Assembly: GCA_018712825.1 (NCBI GenBank)
Contig: DVGG01000056.1
Location: 4,423 to 68,422, forward strand
Source of the DNA: Candidatus Faecousia excrementipullorum
GTDB lineage: Bacteria > Bacillota > Clostridia > Oscillospirales > Oscillospiraceae
Direction of reading: 5' to 3'
DNA: 64,000 nucleotides
The notes under the pieces are model-generated. The model was not told where the DNA came from and did not search any database. It worked only from the letters and a program-made list of their open reading frames with translations. Positions 26,122 through 35,964 of this stretch are shown one piece after another; positions within the stretch are counted from its first letter, which is position 1, and every line of letters begins with the position of its first letter. Both the position numbers and the translations under genes were made by a program.

Positions 26122-27847
26122 ATTCCTGGGTGGGATCGTAGTTGACCACAATGCTCTGGCTGGTGAGCATGCTCACATCCGTGACTTTGGTCCCGTATAC
26201 ATTTACCAGAATCAAGACCGGGCACTTGGCCAGGGGCTCCACGGAGGCCAGATTCTCGTTGTAATCCATGTATACGCTGTTCAGCCGGGGCAGCTCGCTC
26301 AGACTGCTCAAATCCTCAATCTGATTGTAAGATCCGTTGATGGTTACAAGGAGCGTCTCTTTGGAGAAGTTGGGAAGCTTTGTCACCTGGTTGTAGGAGA
26401 AATCCAGGCTGGAAAGGCTTGTCAGGCTGGAAAGACCGCTGATGTCCGTGATGCTGTTGTGAGGCACCAGAACTTCCTCCAGTTTGGTACAAAGGCCCAG
26501 TTTGGAGATGTCAGTCAAGTTATTCTTCTCAGCCCGGAAGATACGAAGCTGGGTCAGATTTCCGATTCCGCTCAAATCCGACACTTTGTTGTCGCTGATG
26601 TCCAGCTGGGTCAGCTTTGTCAGCCCAAAGACAGGAGAGATGTCCGCAATGGCATTGCGGGCGGCATGCAAAATCTGCAGCTCCTTCAAATTGGTGAGGG
26701 GGGACAAATCTACCACTGCATTGCCGCTGAGATACAGCTCCGTCAACTGTTCCATGGAGGCAAGGGCCTGAATGTCCCGGATGGTGTTGTCCTGCAAATC
26801 CAGATACACCAGAGTCTCTGCATTGGCAAGACCTGCGGAGGTGGTCAGACGGCAATTCTTCAGGGTAAGCTTCTGCAGCTTGGGAAGGGAGCCGATAACC
26901 TCCAATTCCTCGCTGGATACAGGGGTGTTGGTTATGGAAAGGGTAGTCAGCTGGGACATACCGGAAATGGCAGAGAGATTGTCCGCAGTAATATTTGCGA
27001 TGGTCAGCTCCTGCAAGTAAGACAGGTAAGCCAGGTCGCTGAAATCCTTGGTGTCTGCCGGAACGGTGAAGGATGTAATGGCCCACAGGTCGTTGGTATA
27101 AAGCTGGGTATCCTCAGAAACCCCCAGGCTGCTGCGAACAGCGGTTTCCATAGCCGGATCTGCAAATTCCACCAGCTCAATCACACCGCCTACGGTGTAG
27201 CTGGAGATGAGCAGAGGACTGACCAGACCGTCTTCCCCGATGGAGAGGGCATACAGGGTATTTTCTCCGTCATGAAGCGTGATGGGCTCAGAATAGGTGT
27301 TTTTGTAGAGGGTGGGGTATTCACCGTTGGGGTTGACGCAAATCTTCTCCCCTTCACCGCAGGTATAGGTGATGCTGATGTACTGATTGTAGAAGCCGGG
27401 CTCAGGGGAAACTGTGGGCACCTTGGGACGCAGAGCATCCATCTGGGCCTTGATTTCCGGATTACTGATATTGTCCAGAAGGTTTACGGCATCCAGAAGC
27501 TTGTCCTGCTCCACATAGGTTTTGCACAGGGCGATATAAAGGTCCACGCTTGCGCCTTCTTCCAAAGCATGGGAGAGCACGTACTCAGCCTTGGTGTAGT
27601 TGCCGTCATCCCGGTACTGCTGGGCAAGCTCAATCGCAACGGCGTCGTTGTCGCTGACCATATCATAAGCGCGGTCATAAAACCAGGCAGAAACTTTCAG
27701 ATTACCCTGATCCTCAAAAAATCGGGCACCCTGCAGCAGAATATCCCGGGTAAAGGCCCGGTCAAATACAAAGAAATACCATGCGGTAAAGATGACAATC
27801 ACCAGGGCCAGGGCGACTGCAAGAATGATTCGCAATGCTTTTTTCAT
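26120..27847 (-). CDS. Membrane-anchored surface protein: TPR-like region, CHB_HEX_C-like domain, ~13 internalin-type leucine-rich repeats
   Basis: Start MKKALRIILAVALALVIVIFTAWYFFVF at 27847. Repeats follow the form LxxLxxLxLxxNxIxDISxL (for example LTNLKELQILHAARNAIADISPVFGLTKLTQLDISDNKVSDLSGIGNLTQL). Confidence 0.85.
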   Translation of the reverse strand: MKKALRIILAVALALVIVIFTAWYFFVFDRAFTRDILLQGARFFEDQGNLKVSAWFYDRAYDMVSDNDAVAIELAQQYRDDGNYTKAEYVLSHALEEGASVDLYIALCKTYVEQDKLLDAVNLLDNISNPEIKAQMDALRPKVPTVSPEPGFYNQYISITYTCGEGEKICVNPNGEYPTLYKNTYSEPITLHDGENTLYALSIGEDGLVSPLLISSYTVGGVIELVEFADPAMETAVRSSLGVSEDTQLYTNDLWAITSFTVPADTKDFSDLAYLSYLQELTIANITADNLSAISGMSQLTTLSITNTPVSSEELEVIGSLPKLQKLTLKNCRLTTSAGLANAETLVYLDLQDNTIRDIQALASMEQLTELYLSGNAVVDLSPLTNLKELQILHAARNAIADISPVFGLTKLTQLDISDNKVSDLSGIGNLTQLRIFRAEKNNLTDISKLGLCTKLEEVLVPHNSITDISGLSSLTSLSSLDFSYNQVTKLPNFSKETLLVTINGSYNQIEDLSSLSELPRLNSVYMDYNENLASVEPLAKCPVLILVNVYGTKVTDVSMLTSQSIVVNYDPTQE

Positions 27848-27997
27848 TTTAGACTCCGTTTCGAAATAATTTGTAACTAAATTATACTTCTTTGGGTGTA
27901 TTCTGTCAAGTGTTGACATAAAATTGATGAATCTCTCTGCATAAATTGACAGGAAGCAAGCCTGGTTTTTGCTACAATGTTGAGAGGAGGTGGACGA

Positions 27998-28972
27998 ATG
28001 AAGGGAAAGGAAGCCATTTTGGCTGTTGTTTTATGTATTGCCCTGCCATTTATGCTGGGGCAGCTGCTTTCCCCGGATGAAAAGCCGGAGACCGGGGAGA
28101 GCATCTCTGCCGAAACGGAAGCCCAGACACAGGAAACCACAGAGGAAACCCAGGTGCTGAAAGAAAGGCAGGTTACGCTTCTGAAGCAGGACGGTTCCGT
28201 GGAAACACTTCCTCTGGAATCCTATCTCGCAGGAGTCATTCTGGGGGAACTGCCGGGGGACTTTCAGCTGGAAGCCATGAAAGCCCTGGCGGTGGCGGCA
28301 AGAACTTTGGCAATTAAGAGCAGCGAAAACCCGGTGAAGCATCCCCAGGCGGCGGTGTGCTGGGATTCGGGTTGCTGCCAGGCCTATTGTGCGCCGGATA
28401 CCTATCTGGAACAGGGTGGCAGTCAGGAGGTGGTGGACAAGGTTAGCCAAGCCGTGAAGGAAACCCAGGGACAGGTGCTTCTTTACCAGGGAGAACTGAT
28501 TGAGGCAACCTATTTTTCCTGCTCCGGCGGCCGGACAGAGGATGCGGTTGCGGTTTGGGGTACGGATATTCCTTACCTGCAGGCCCAGGACAGTCCCGGG
28601 GAGGAAGATGCGGAGGTTTATATGGATACAGTAACGTTTCCTGTGGAGGATTTTACATATCTTTTGGGGATAGAGCCGTCGGCAACGGGATTGCAGGTGG
28701 ATTCTGTCACCTATACCCGGGGCGGAGGCGTGGATACCATTGTCATCAGCGGAAAGGAATTTGACGGCGGACAGATGCGGCAGCTGCTGGGCCTGCGCTC
28801 TACCGCCTTTGCCATGCAAATTGTGGGAGAAACCGTGACCATTACCACCAAGGGCTTCGGACACCGGGTGGGTCTGAGCCAGTATGGAGCGGAGGCCATG
28901 GCGCAAAGCGGAAGCAATTACCTGGAAATTTTGGGCTATTATTACCCCAATACGGAAATTCATGCCTGGTAA
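27998..28972 (+). CDS. spoIID: SpoIID/LytB-domain protein (stage II sporulation protein D-like)
   Basis: ATG 27998 after GAGAGGAGGTGG. Signal/TM segment. Conserved AQAVAARTY-like (ALAVAARTLA), YFSCSGGRTEDAVAVWG..PYLQ and GHRVGLSQYGA motifs. Confidence 0.85.
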   Translation: MKGKEAILAVVLCIALPFMLGQLLSPDEKPETGESISAETEAQTQETTEETQVLKERQVTLLKQDGSVETLPLESYLAGVILGELPGDFQLEAMKALAVAARTLAIKSSENPVKHPQAAVCWDSGCCQAYCAPDTYLEQGGSQEVVDKVSQAVKETQGQVLLYQGELIEATYFSCSGGRTEDAVAVWGTDIPYLQAQDSPGEEDAEVYMDTVTFPVEDFTYLLGIEPSATGLQVDSVTYTRGGGVDTIVISGKEFDGGQMRQLLGLRSTAFAMQIVGETVTITTKGFGHRVGLSQYGAEAMAQSGSNYLEILGYYYPNTEIHAW

Positions 28973-28976
28973 GCTC

Positions 28977-29005
28977 TTGACAAACGGCCGGGTTTTTGTT
29001 AGGAT
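28977..29005 (+). promoter_or_regulatory. Sigma-A promoter of the tyrS leader
   Basis: TTGACA-17 nt-TAGGAT, with TGt forming an extended -10. Confidence 0.55.
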
Positions 29006-29011
29006 ACCCTC

Positions 29012-29266
29012 ATAACGCAGTGAAGGGAAAAAGTAAGCATCTATCCTTCTTCCAGAGAGCCGCCGGTTGGTGTGAGGCGGTAAGAGCCGATGCCCAAATA
29101 CCTCCCGGAGCGGCCTGCCTGAAATGCAGTAGGGAAGGACGGGTTCGCCCGATATAGCGAAGTGCGTTGTTGGACGCACCGAGGGCAGCATCGTGAGGTG
29201 CTGTCGAACCAGAGGTGGTACCGCGTATTTTCGCCCTCTGTCCTATGATGGACAGAGGGCTTTTTA
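29012..29266 (+). promoter_or_regulatory. T-box leader (tyrosine specifier UAC)
   Basis: AGAGAG bulge plus GGTTGGTG distal motif. UAC at 29099-29101 sits just before the Stem I closing strand. T-box sequence AACCAGAGGTGGTACCGCG (29207-29225). Terminator GCCCTCTGTCC/GGACAGAGGGC plus T5. Confidence 0.9.
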
Positions 29267-29289
29267 TTTTATACGAAAGGGATGTATGT

Positions 29290-30513
29290 ATGAAAGTATA
29301 TGACGAACTGGTAGCCAGAGGGCTCATTGCCCAGGTAACCAACGAAGCGGAAATCCGGGAAATGATTGATAACGGCAAGGCTACGTTCTATATCGGCTTT
29401 GACCCTACGGCAGATTCTCTCCATGTGGGACATTTCATGGCCCTGTGCCTGATGAAGCGGCTGCAGATGGCCGGCAACCGTCCCATCGCCCTCATTGGCG
29501 GCGGCACAGCTATGATTGGCGACCCCTCCGGCAGAACGGATATGCGCTCCATGATGACCAGAGAAACCATCGACCATAACTGCGCCTGCTTCAAAAAGCA
29601 GATGGAGCGGTTCATCGAATTCGGCGAGGGCAAGGCCCAGATGGTGAACAATGCAGACTGGCTGCTGGACCTGAATTACATTGAGGTTCTGCGGGAGGTT
29701 GGGGCCTGCTTCTCTGTAAACAATATGCTCCGGGCAGAGTGCTACAAGCAGAGAATGGAGAAGGGCCTGAGCTTCCTGGAGTTTAACTACATGATTATGC
29801 AGTCCTACGACTTCTACTACCTGTTCCAGAAGTACGGCTGCAATATGCAGTTCGGCGGCAACGATCAGTGGAGCAATATGCTGGGCGGCACCGAGCTGAT
29901 TCGTAGAAAGCTGGGTAAGGATGCCCATGCCATGACCATCACCCTGCTTCTCAACTCCGAGGGCAAGAAGATGGGCAAGACCGCCAAGGGTGCCGTGTGG
30001 CTGGACCCCAACAAGACCTCTCCCTTTGAATTCTACCAGTACTGGCGGAACGTGGAGGATGCGGATGTGCTCAAGTGCATTCGGATGCTTACCTTCCTTC
30101 CCCTGGAGCAGATCAATGAGATGGACTCCTGGAAGGATGCCCAGCTGAACACCGCCAAGGAAATCCTGGCCTATGAGCTGACCAAGCTGGTCCACGGTGA
30201 GGAGGAGGCCGCCAAGGCTCAGGCCGCTGCCAAGGCTCTGTTTGCCGGCGGCGGAGATGATACCAATATGCCCACCACAAAGATTTCCCAGGAACAGCTT
30301 GCCGATGATAAAATCGGTATCCTGAACCTGATGGTAGCTTGCAAGCTGGCAGCCTCCAACGGAGAGGCCCGGCGTCTGGTGCAGCAGGGCGGTGTGTTCG
30401 TCAACGATGAGAAGGTGGCAGACCCCTTCTTCGCCGTGACCCGGCAGATGCTCCAGGAGGGTGTGCGGATCCGTAAGGGTAAAAAAGTATTCCACAAAGC
30501 TGTTATGGACTAA
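29290..30513 (+). CDS. tyrS: Tyrosine--tRNA ligase
   Basis: Start [25 protein letters not shown] (HIGH), KMGKT (KMSKS) and a C-terminal S4-like domain. Confidence 0.95.
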   Translation: MKVYDELVARGLIAQVTNEAEIREMIDNGKATFYIGFDPTADSLHVGHFMALCLMKRLQMAGNRPIALIGGGTAMIGDPSGRTDMRSMMTRETIDHNCACFKKQMERFIEFGEGKAQMVNNADWLLDLNYIEVLREVGACFSVNNMLRAECYKQRMEKGLSFLEFNYMIMQSYDFYYLFQKYGCNMQFGGNDQWSNMLGGTELIRRKLGKDAHAMTITLLLNSEGKKMGKTAKGAVWLDPNKTSPFEFYQYWRNVEDADVLKCIRMLTFLPLEQINEMDSWKDAQLNTAKEILAYELTKLVHGEEEAAKAQAAAKALFAGGGDDTNMPTTKISQEQLADDKIGILNLMVACKLAASNGEARRLVQQGGVFVNDEKVADPFFAVTRQMLQEGVRIRKGKKVFHKAVMD

Positions 30514-30517
30514 TCGT

Positions 30518-30552
30518 AAGGGCTGACCGAAATCCGGTCGGCCCTTCTTTTT
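30518..30552 (+). terminator. Intrinsic terminator after tyrS
   Basis: GGGCTGACCG / CGGTCGGCCC stem followed by TTCTTTTT. Confidence 0.7.
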
Positions 30553-30630
30553 CTCAAAAATACGGTGGAATAATTGCAAAGTATTGCATAATGTGATATA
30601 CTGTAACCATTCATACACCCGGAGGCGTTT

Positions 30631-31542
30631 ATGACTGAATTAACCGTTTTTCAAAAGAAAATCAGGGATTTTTTGCCGGAAATTCCCCTTCGTTTTTATG
30701 AGCCCCTGGCAAAGCACACCTCCTTCCGCATCGGCGGTCCGGCTGAGGTGATGGCCTTTCCCCAAAATGCCAATCAGTTGGCTCAACTTCTGAAAGTGTC
30801 CGCTTTATTGGACTGCAAACCTGCTATTCTTGGAGCAGGAACCAACATTCTGGCCCCTGACCAGGGACTGACGGGATTGACCATCTGCCTGAAGGATGCC
30901 CTTGGGGGCATGACGGTGCTGGAGAATGGAAAAATCCGCTTTGGCGCAGGAATTTCCATGGCAAGGGCAGCAAGCTTTGCCGCCAAACAGGGTCTTTCCG
31001 GCATGGAATTTGCTCACGGGATTCCCGGCAGCATCGGCGGCGGCATCTACATGAATGCCGGTGCTTACGGCGGAGAAATCTGCCAGATCTGCCAGGAGGC
31101 AGAGGTGATGGATATGGCGGGGAATCTGCGAACCCTCACCCATGAGGAACTGGGCTTTTCCTACCGCCATAGCATCTTGGAGGAGCAGGATTTGATTGTG
31201 GTTTCCGGCACCTTTGCCCTGACCCCTAAGCCCCAGGAGGAAATTCAAGGCAAAATGCAGGAGCTGATGGAGCGGCGCAGAGCCTCCCAGCCTCTGGATA
31301 TGCCCTCTGCCGGCTCCGCCTTCAAACGGCCGGTGGGCGGCTATGCGGCGGCGCTGATTGAGCAGGCCGGCCTGAAAGGCTTTCAGGTGGGTGGCGCAGC
31401 CGTATCCACAAAGCACGCAGGGTTTGTGGTGAATCTGGGAGATGCCACCGCCGCTGATGTGCAGGCGCTTTTGAAGCAGGTGGCAGAAAAAGTATATGCA
31501 AACTCCGGGATTACCCTGACCCCGGAAGTTCGCATCTGGTAA
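30631..31542 (+). CDS. murB: UDP-N-acetylenolpyruvoylglucosamine reductase
   Basis: FRIGGPAEV FAD-binding start, GAGTNIL, GGGIYMNAGAYGGE and SAGSAFKRP motifs. Confidence 0.95.
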   Translation: MTELTVFQKKIRDFLPEIPLRFYEPLAKHTSFRIGGPAEVMAFPQNANQLAQLLKVSALLDCKPAILGAGTNILAPDQGLTGLTICLKDALGGMTVLENGKIRFGAGISMARAASFAAKQGLSGMEFAHGIPGSIGGGIYMNAGAYGGEICQICQEAEVMDMAGNLRTLTHEELGFSYRHSILEEQDLIVVSGTFALTPKPQEEIQGKMQELMERRRASQPLDMPSAGSAFKRPVGGYAAALIEQAGLKGFQVGGAAVSTKHAGFVVNLGDATAADVQALLKQVAEKVYANSGITLTPEVRIW

Positions 31543-31560
31543 AGAGAGAGGAGTGTTTCC

Positions 31561-32475
31561 ATGGGCGTGTCCTTTTCCGCAAAAGCAAAGGGGGAGGTCT
31601 GCCGGAATGTGCCCCAAAAGCATTGCTGCTGTCTTGCCCAGTGCTTTGGGATTCTGCTGTTTTGCAACAGTTTCCAGGGGGAAAGTATCAGGATAATCAC
31701 AGAGAGCCGGGAGCTGGGGAATCTTCTTCCTCGCCTCTTTAAGCGCACCTTCGGGGTGAGTTTTGATGTGCTTCCGGAGGAGGATACAACCGGGAAGCTG
31801 AACTTTCAAATTACAGACACCGGGAAGATTTGCCGGATTATGGAGGCCTTCGGCTTCAATCCGGCAGATACTTTGTGTCTGCACATTAACCTGCCCATTG
31901 TGGAGGAGGACTGTTGTAAAACGGCCTTCCTCCGGGGAGCATTTTTAAGCGGGGGCTCTGTCACAGACCCGGGAAAAGGGTACCACCTGGAACTGACCAC
32001 CACCCACCACAGTGTTGCCCGGGAGGCTTACTCCCTTATGCATGAGATTTTGGGGTTTTATCCCAAGTTTGCCAGCCGGGGCGGGGCGCAGGTGCTGTAT
32101 TTCAAGCAAAGCGACCTGATTTCCGACTTCCTCACCTTTTTGGGAGCGCCTGTGGCAGCCATGGGCATTATCGAGGCCAAGCTGGAAAAGGAACTGAACA
32201 ACAAGGTCAACCGCAGGTGCAACTGTGACGAAGCCAACACCTCCAAGATGGTGGAGGCAGCACAGGAGCAGCTGTCCGCCATCCGGCTTTTGCGGAGCCA
32301 GGGAACGCTGGAAAAACTGCCCCAGAATCTCCTGCAGGCGGCCCAGGCCCGGGAGAGTAACCCGGAAGCATCCCTGACGGAGCTGGCGGCTATGATGGAG
32401 CCGCCCATTTCCAAACCCGCCATGAATCATCGTCTGAAGAAGCTGATACAGCTTGCAACGGAGGCAACACCATGA
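31561..32475 (+). CDS. whiA: DNA-binding protein WhiA
   Basis: SFSAKAKGEV...CC..A start, LAGLIDADG-derived middle region, and C-terminal HTH (LTELAAMMEPPISKPAMNHRLKKL). Confidence 0.92.
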   Translation: MGVSFSAKAKGEVCRNVPQKHCCCLAQCFGILLFCNSFQGESIRIITESRELGNLLPRLFKRTFGVSFDVLPEEDTTGKLNFQITDTGKICRIMEAFGFNPADTLCLHINLPIVEEDCCKTAFLRGAFLSGGSVTDPGKGYHLELTTTHHSVAREAYSLMHEILGFYPKFASRGGAQVLYFKQSDLISDFLTFLGAPVAAMGIIEAKLEKELNNKVNRRCNCDEANTSKMVEAAQEQLSAIRLLRSQGTLEKLPQNLLQAAQARESNPEASLTELAAMMEPPISKPAMNHRLKKLIQLATEATP

Positions 32476-35400
32476 GTTTTGTGCATTTGCATGTCCACTC
32501 GGAATACAGTCTTTTGGACGGCGCCTGCCGCATCGGCTCCATGATGGACCGGGTGAAGGAGCTGGGCCAGGATGCCATCGCCCTGACGGATCATGGGGTG
32601 ATGTACGGCTGTATCGATTTTTATAAAAAGGCAAAAGAGGCGGGAATCAAGCCCATCATCGGCTGTGAGGTTTATGTAGCCCGGCGGGGGATGGAGGACA
32701 GAATCTACGGCGTGGATAACGAAGCCTACCATCTTGTGCTGCTGTGCAAGGACAGAACCGGCTACGAAAACCTTTGCTACCTGGTTTCCCAGGCTTATCT
32801 CAAAGGTTTCTACGGAAAGCCCCGGGTGGACTTGAAGCTCCTGCGGGAGCGTCATGAGGGACTGATTGCCCTGTCTGCCTGCCTGGCAGGTGCCATTGCT
32901 CAGGACTTGCTTCAGGAGGACTACGATGCCGCCCGTTCCTATGCTTTGGAACTGAAAGATATTTTTGGGGAGGACAACTTTTATCTGGAACTTCAGGACC
33001 ACGGTATCCCGGAGCAGCGTGCTGTAAATCAGGGAATCATGCGCCTTTCCCGGGAACTGAATCTTCCCCTGGTGGTGACCAACGATGCACATTACCTCCG
33101 CCGAGAGGATTCGGTGATTCAGGATGTGCTTCTTTGCATCCAGACAGGAAAAACCGTGGACGATCCCAAGCGGATGAAATTCCAGACGGACGAATTCTAC
33201 TTAAAAAGTGAAGAAGAGCTGCGGCAGCTGTTTCCCAACTGCCCGGAGGCCTTTGAAAATACCGCAAAAATTGCCCAGCGCTGTAATCTGGACTTTGAAT
33301 TTCACAAGTACCATCTGCCTTCCTTCCCGGTTCCGGAGGGGTATACCAACGAGGAATTTTTCCGGAAGCTGTGTGAGGACGGCTTTTCCCAGCGGTATGA
33401 GAATCCCCCGAAGGAATACCGAGAGCGGCTGGAATACGAAATCGGCGTTATCAGCCGGATGGGGTATGTGAATTACTACCTGATTGTCTGGGACTTTATC
33501 CGCTATGCCAAGGAATCCGGGATTCCTGTGGGCCCGGGCCGTGGTTCCGGTGCCGCTTCCATCGTAGCCTACTGCCTGCATATTACGGAAGTGGACCCCA
33601 TGCAGTACGGACTGATTTTTGAGCGGTTCTTGAACCCGGAGCGGGTGAGTATGCCGGACTTTGATACGGACTTCTGCCAGGAGCGCCGGGGAGAGGTCAT
33701 CGCCTACGTCATGGAAAAATACGGTTCAGACCATGTGGCCCAGATTGCCACCTTCGGTACCATGGCGGCCCGGGGGGCGATCCGGGATGTGGGCCGAGCT
33801 CTGAACTTCTCCTATGGAGAGACGGATGTGGTGGCAAAGCAGGTTCCTGCCACGCCCCATATCACCCTGGAAAAGGCTTTGGAAACCTCTCCCAGACTGA
33901 AAGAGATGTATAACCAGGATGAGCAGGTGAAGAAGCTCATTGACACGGCAATGACCCTGGAGGGAATGCCCAGAAATACATCCACCCATGCCGCCGGCGT
34001 GGTGATTACCGCCGACCCGGTGTATACCTATGTGCCGCTGGCGAAAAATGATGATACCGCCGTGACCCAGTACACCATGACCACCATTGAGGAGCTGGGC
34101 CTTCTGAAGATGGACTTTCTGGGCCTGCGGAACCTGACGGTGATTCAGGATGCCCAGGAGCAGATTCAGCAAGTCCAGCCGGATTTTGATATTTCCAAAA
34201 TTCCGGACAATGACCAGGAAACCTTTGACATGCTGGCAGAGGGAAAGACCCAGGGTGTATTTCAGCTGGAATCCGCCGGAATTACCGGTGTGTGCATCAA
34301 TATGCACCCCAACTCCATCGAAGACCTGACGGCTATTGTGGCGCTGTACCGCCCCGGCCCTATGGACTCTATTCCTACCTTCATTGCCAATAAGCTGGAT
34401 CCCAAGAAAATTACCTATAAAACGCCTCTGCTGGAGCCAATTTTGAAGATAACCTATGGCTGTATTGTCTACCAGGAGCAGGTCATCGAGATATTTCGGA
34501 CTTTAGCCGGCTATACCATGGGACAGGCGGACAATATCCGCCGGGCCATCTCCAAGAAGAAACACGCCGTCATCCAGGCGGAACGGCAGGTTTTTGTATA
34601 CGGCGACGAGAAACAGGGGATACCCGGCTGCATCGCCAACGGTGTATCGGAGGAGGCTGCCCAATCCCTTTATGATGAAATCGTTGCCTTTGCCGACTAT
34701 GCCTTCAATAAGGCCCATGCGGTGTGCTATGCGGTGGTATCTTACCAGACGGCGTACCTAAAATGCCACTACCCCCGGCAGTACATGGCAGCCCTTATGA
34801 CCTCCGTGCTGGATTCTGCCGCCAAAATCTCCGGCTACATTGCCGAGTGCAAGGAAATGGGCATTGCCACCCTGCCGCCGGATGTGAACCACTCCTTTGA
34901 CCACTTCACCGTGGAGGGGGATGCCATTCGCTTCGGCATGGGTGCCATCAAGAACGTGGGGCGGGGTCTGATCCGCACCATGGTTGCCAAGCGGGAAGAG
35001 GGCGGCCCTTTCAAATCCCTGGAGGATTTTCTTCAGAGAATGGGGGAAGGGGAACTGAACAAGCGGGCGGTGGAGAACTTCATCAAATGCGGTTCCATGG
35101 ACTGCTTTGGATACCACCGCAGCCAGCTGCTGGCGGTCTATGATGTGATGATGGACAGCGTTGCCAGCTCCCGGCGGCGGAATCTGGATGGGCAGATGGG
35201 CATGTTCTCCATGCTCCAGGACACAGATGCCGCTGTTTCCATTCCCATCCCCCAGCTGGCAGAGCTGAAAAAGGCGGACTTGATGCTGATGGAGAAGGAA
35301 ACCACCGGCATCTACCTGTCCGGGCACCCCATGATTGATTACCGTCCCTATCTGAAAAACACCCACGTGGTACCTATCGGTGTGCTGATGGAGGAGGACT

Positions 35401-35915
35401 GCCCCTATGAAGACGAGCAGATTGTGAGCGTTGCGGGCATTGTCCAGACGGTGAAGCTGAAAACCACAAGGAACAACTCCATGATGGCCTATGTGACCAT
35501 AGAGGATGACACCGGCGGTGTGGAGCTTCTGGTATTTTCCAAAGTACTCAGCCAATATGGCGGCTATCTGCGGGAAAACCAGCCTGTGGTGATTGTGGGA
35601 AAACTCTCCATCCGGGATGAGAAAGAGCCCCAGATTATTGTGAATCGGGCAAGACCCATTTCCGATTATGTGGACGGGCTGGCAGAGGAAGAACCGGAGA
35701 GGAAAACCGGCACCTTGTATCTGCGCTTGCCCACTCAGGAGGATAGCCGGTACCGGAAGGTACGGGCCATGGTCAATATGTTCCCGGGGACGCAGAAGGT
35801 CGTGGTGTACTTTGCAGACACCAGGCAATGCCGGGGAGCCCAATGCAGCCTGGACAAGCGGCTGCTAAGTGAGCTTCAGAATGTGCTGGGGCAGGAGAAT
35901 GTTGTTGTAAAATAG
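32472..35915 (+). CDS. dnaE: DNA polymerase III alpha subunit (DnaE type)
   Basis: PHP domain FVHLHVHSEYSLLDG, polymerase core (PDFDTDF, GLLKMDFLGL) and OB-fold tail. ATGA overlap with the whiA stop. Confidence 0.95.
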   Translation: MSFVHLHVHSEYSLLDGACRIGSMMDRVKELGQDAIALTDHGVMYGCIDFYKKAKEAGIKPIIGCEVYVARRGMEDRIYGVDNEAYHLVLLCKDRTGYENLCYLVSQAYLKGFYGKPRVDLKLLRERHEGLIALSACLAGAIAQDLLQEDYDAARSYALELKDIFGEDNFYLELQDHGIPEQRAVNQGIMRLSRELNLPLVVTNDAHYLRREDSVIQDVLLCIQTGKTVDDPKRMKFQTDEFYLKSEEELRQLFPNCPEAFENTAKIAQRCNLDFEFHKYHLPSFPVPEGYTNEEFFRKLCEDGFSQRYENPPKEYRERLEYEIGVISRMGYVNYYLIVWDFIRYAKESGIPVGPGRGSGAASIVAYCLHITEVDPMQYGLIFERFLNPERVSMPDFDTDFCQERRGEVIAYVMEKYGSDHVAQIATFGTMAARGAIRDVGRALNFSYGETDVVAKQVPATPHITLEKALETSPRLKEMYNQDEQVKKLIDTAMTLEGMPRNTSTHAAGVVITADPVYTYVPLAKNDDTAVTQYTMTTIEELGLLKMDFLGLRNLTVIQDAQEQIQQVQPDFDISKIPDNDQETFDMLAEGKTQGVFQLESAGITGVCINMHPNSIEDLTAIVALYRPGPMDSIPTFIANKLDPKKITYKTPLLEPILKITYGCIVYQEQVIEIFRTLAGYTMGQADNIRRAISKKKHAVIQAERQVFVYGDEKQGIPGCIANGVSEEAAQSLYDEIVAFADYAFNKAHAVCYAVVSYQTAYLKCHYPRQYMAALMTSVLDSAAKISGYIAECKEMGIATLPPDVNHSFDHFTVEGDAIRFGMGAIKNVGRGLIRTMVAKREEGGPFKSLEDFLQRMGEGELNKRAVENFIKCGSMDCFGYHRSQLLAVYDVMMDSVASSRRRNLDGQMGMFSMLQDTDAAVSIPIPQLAELKKADLMLMEKETTGIYLSGHPMIDYRPYLKNTHVVPIGVLMEEDCPYEDEQIVSVAGIVQTVKLKTTRNNSMMAYVTIEDDTGGVELLVFSKVLSQYGGYLRENQPVVIVGKLSIRDEKEPQIIVNRARPISDYVDGLAEEEPERKTGTLYLRLPTQEDSRYRKVRAMVNMFPGTQKVVVYFADTRQCRGAQCSLDKRLLSELQNVLGQENVVVK

Positions 35916-35964
35916 CTTTCCTTTTAGAAAGAAATGTGTTATAGTAACGGGAAGGGGTTTCTGT

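Noticed and set aside
26150-27070. ~66-nt periodicity in the DNA, considered as a tandem repeat or CRISPR-like array.
   Set aside because: The periodicity is imperfect at the nucleotide level and lies fully inside one reading frame. It is the coding image of 22-residue leucine-rich repeats. There are no spacers and no cas genes.
27880-27997. Sigma-E promoter for spoIID (CATAAATT as the -10, with an upstream ATA).
   Set aside because: The spacing from the ATA element is about 3 nt too long for the consensus I remember, and no alternative fits. It is left uncalled.
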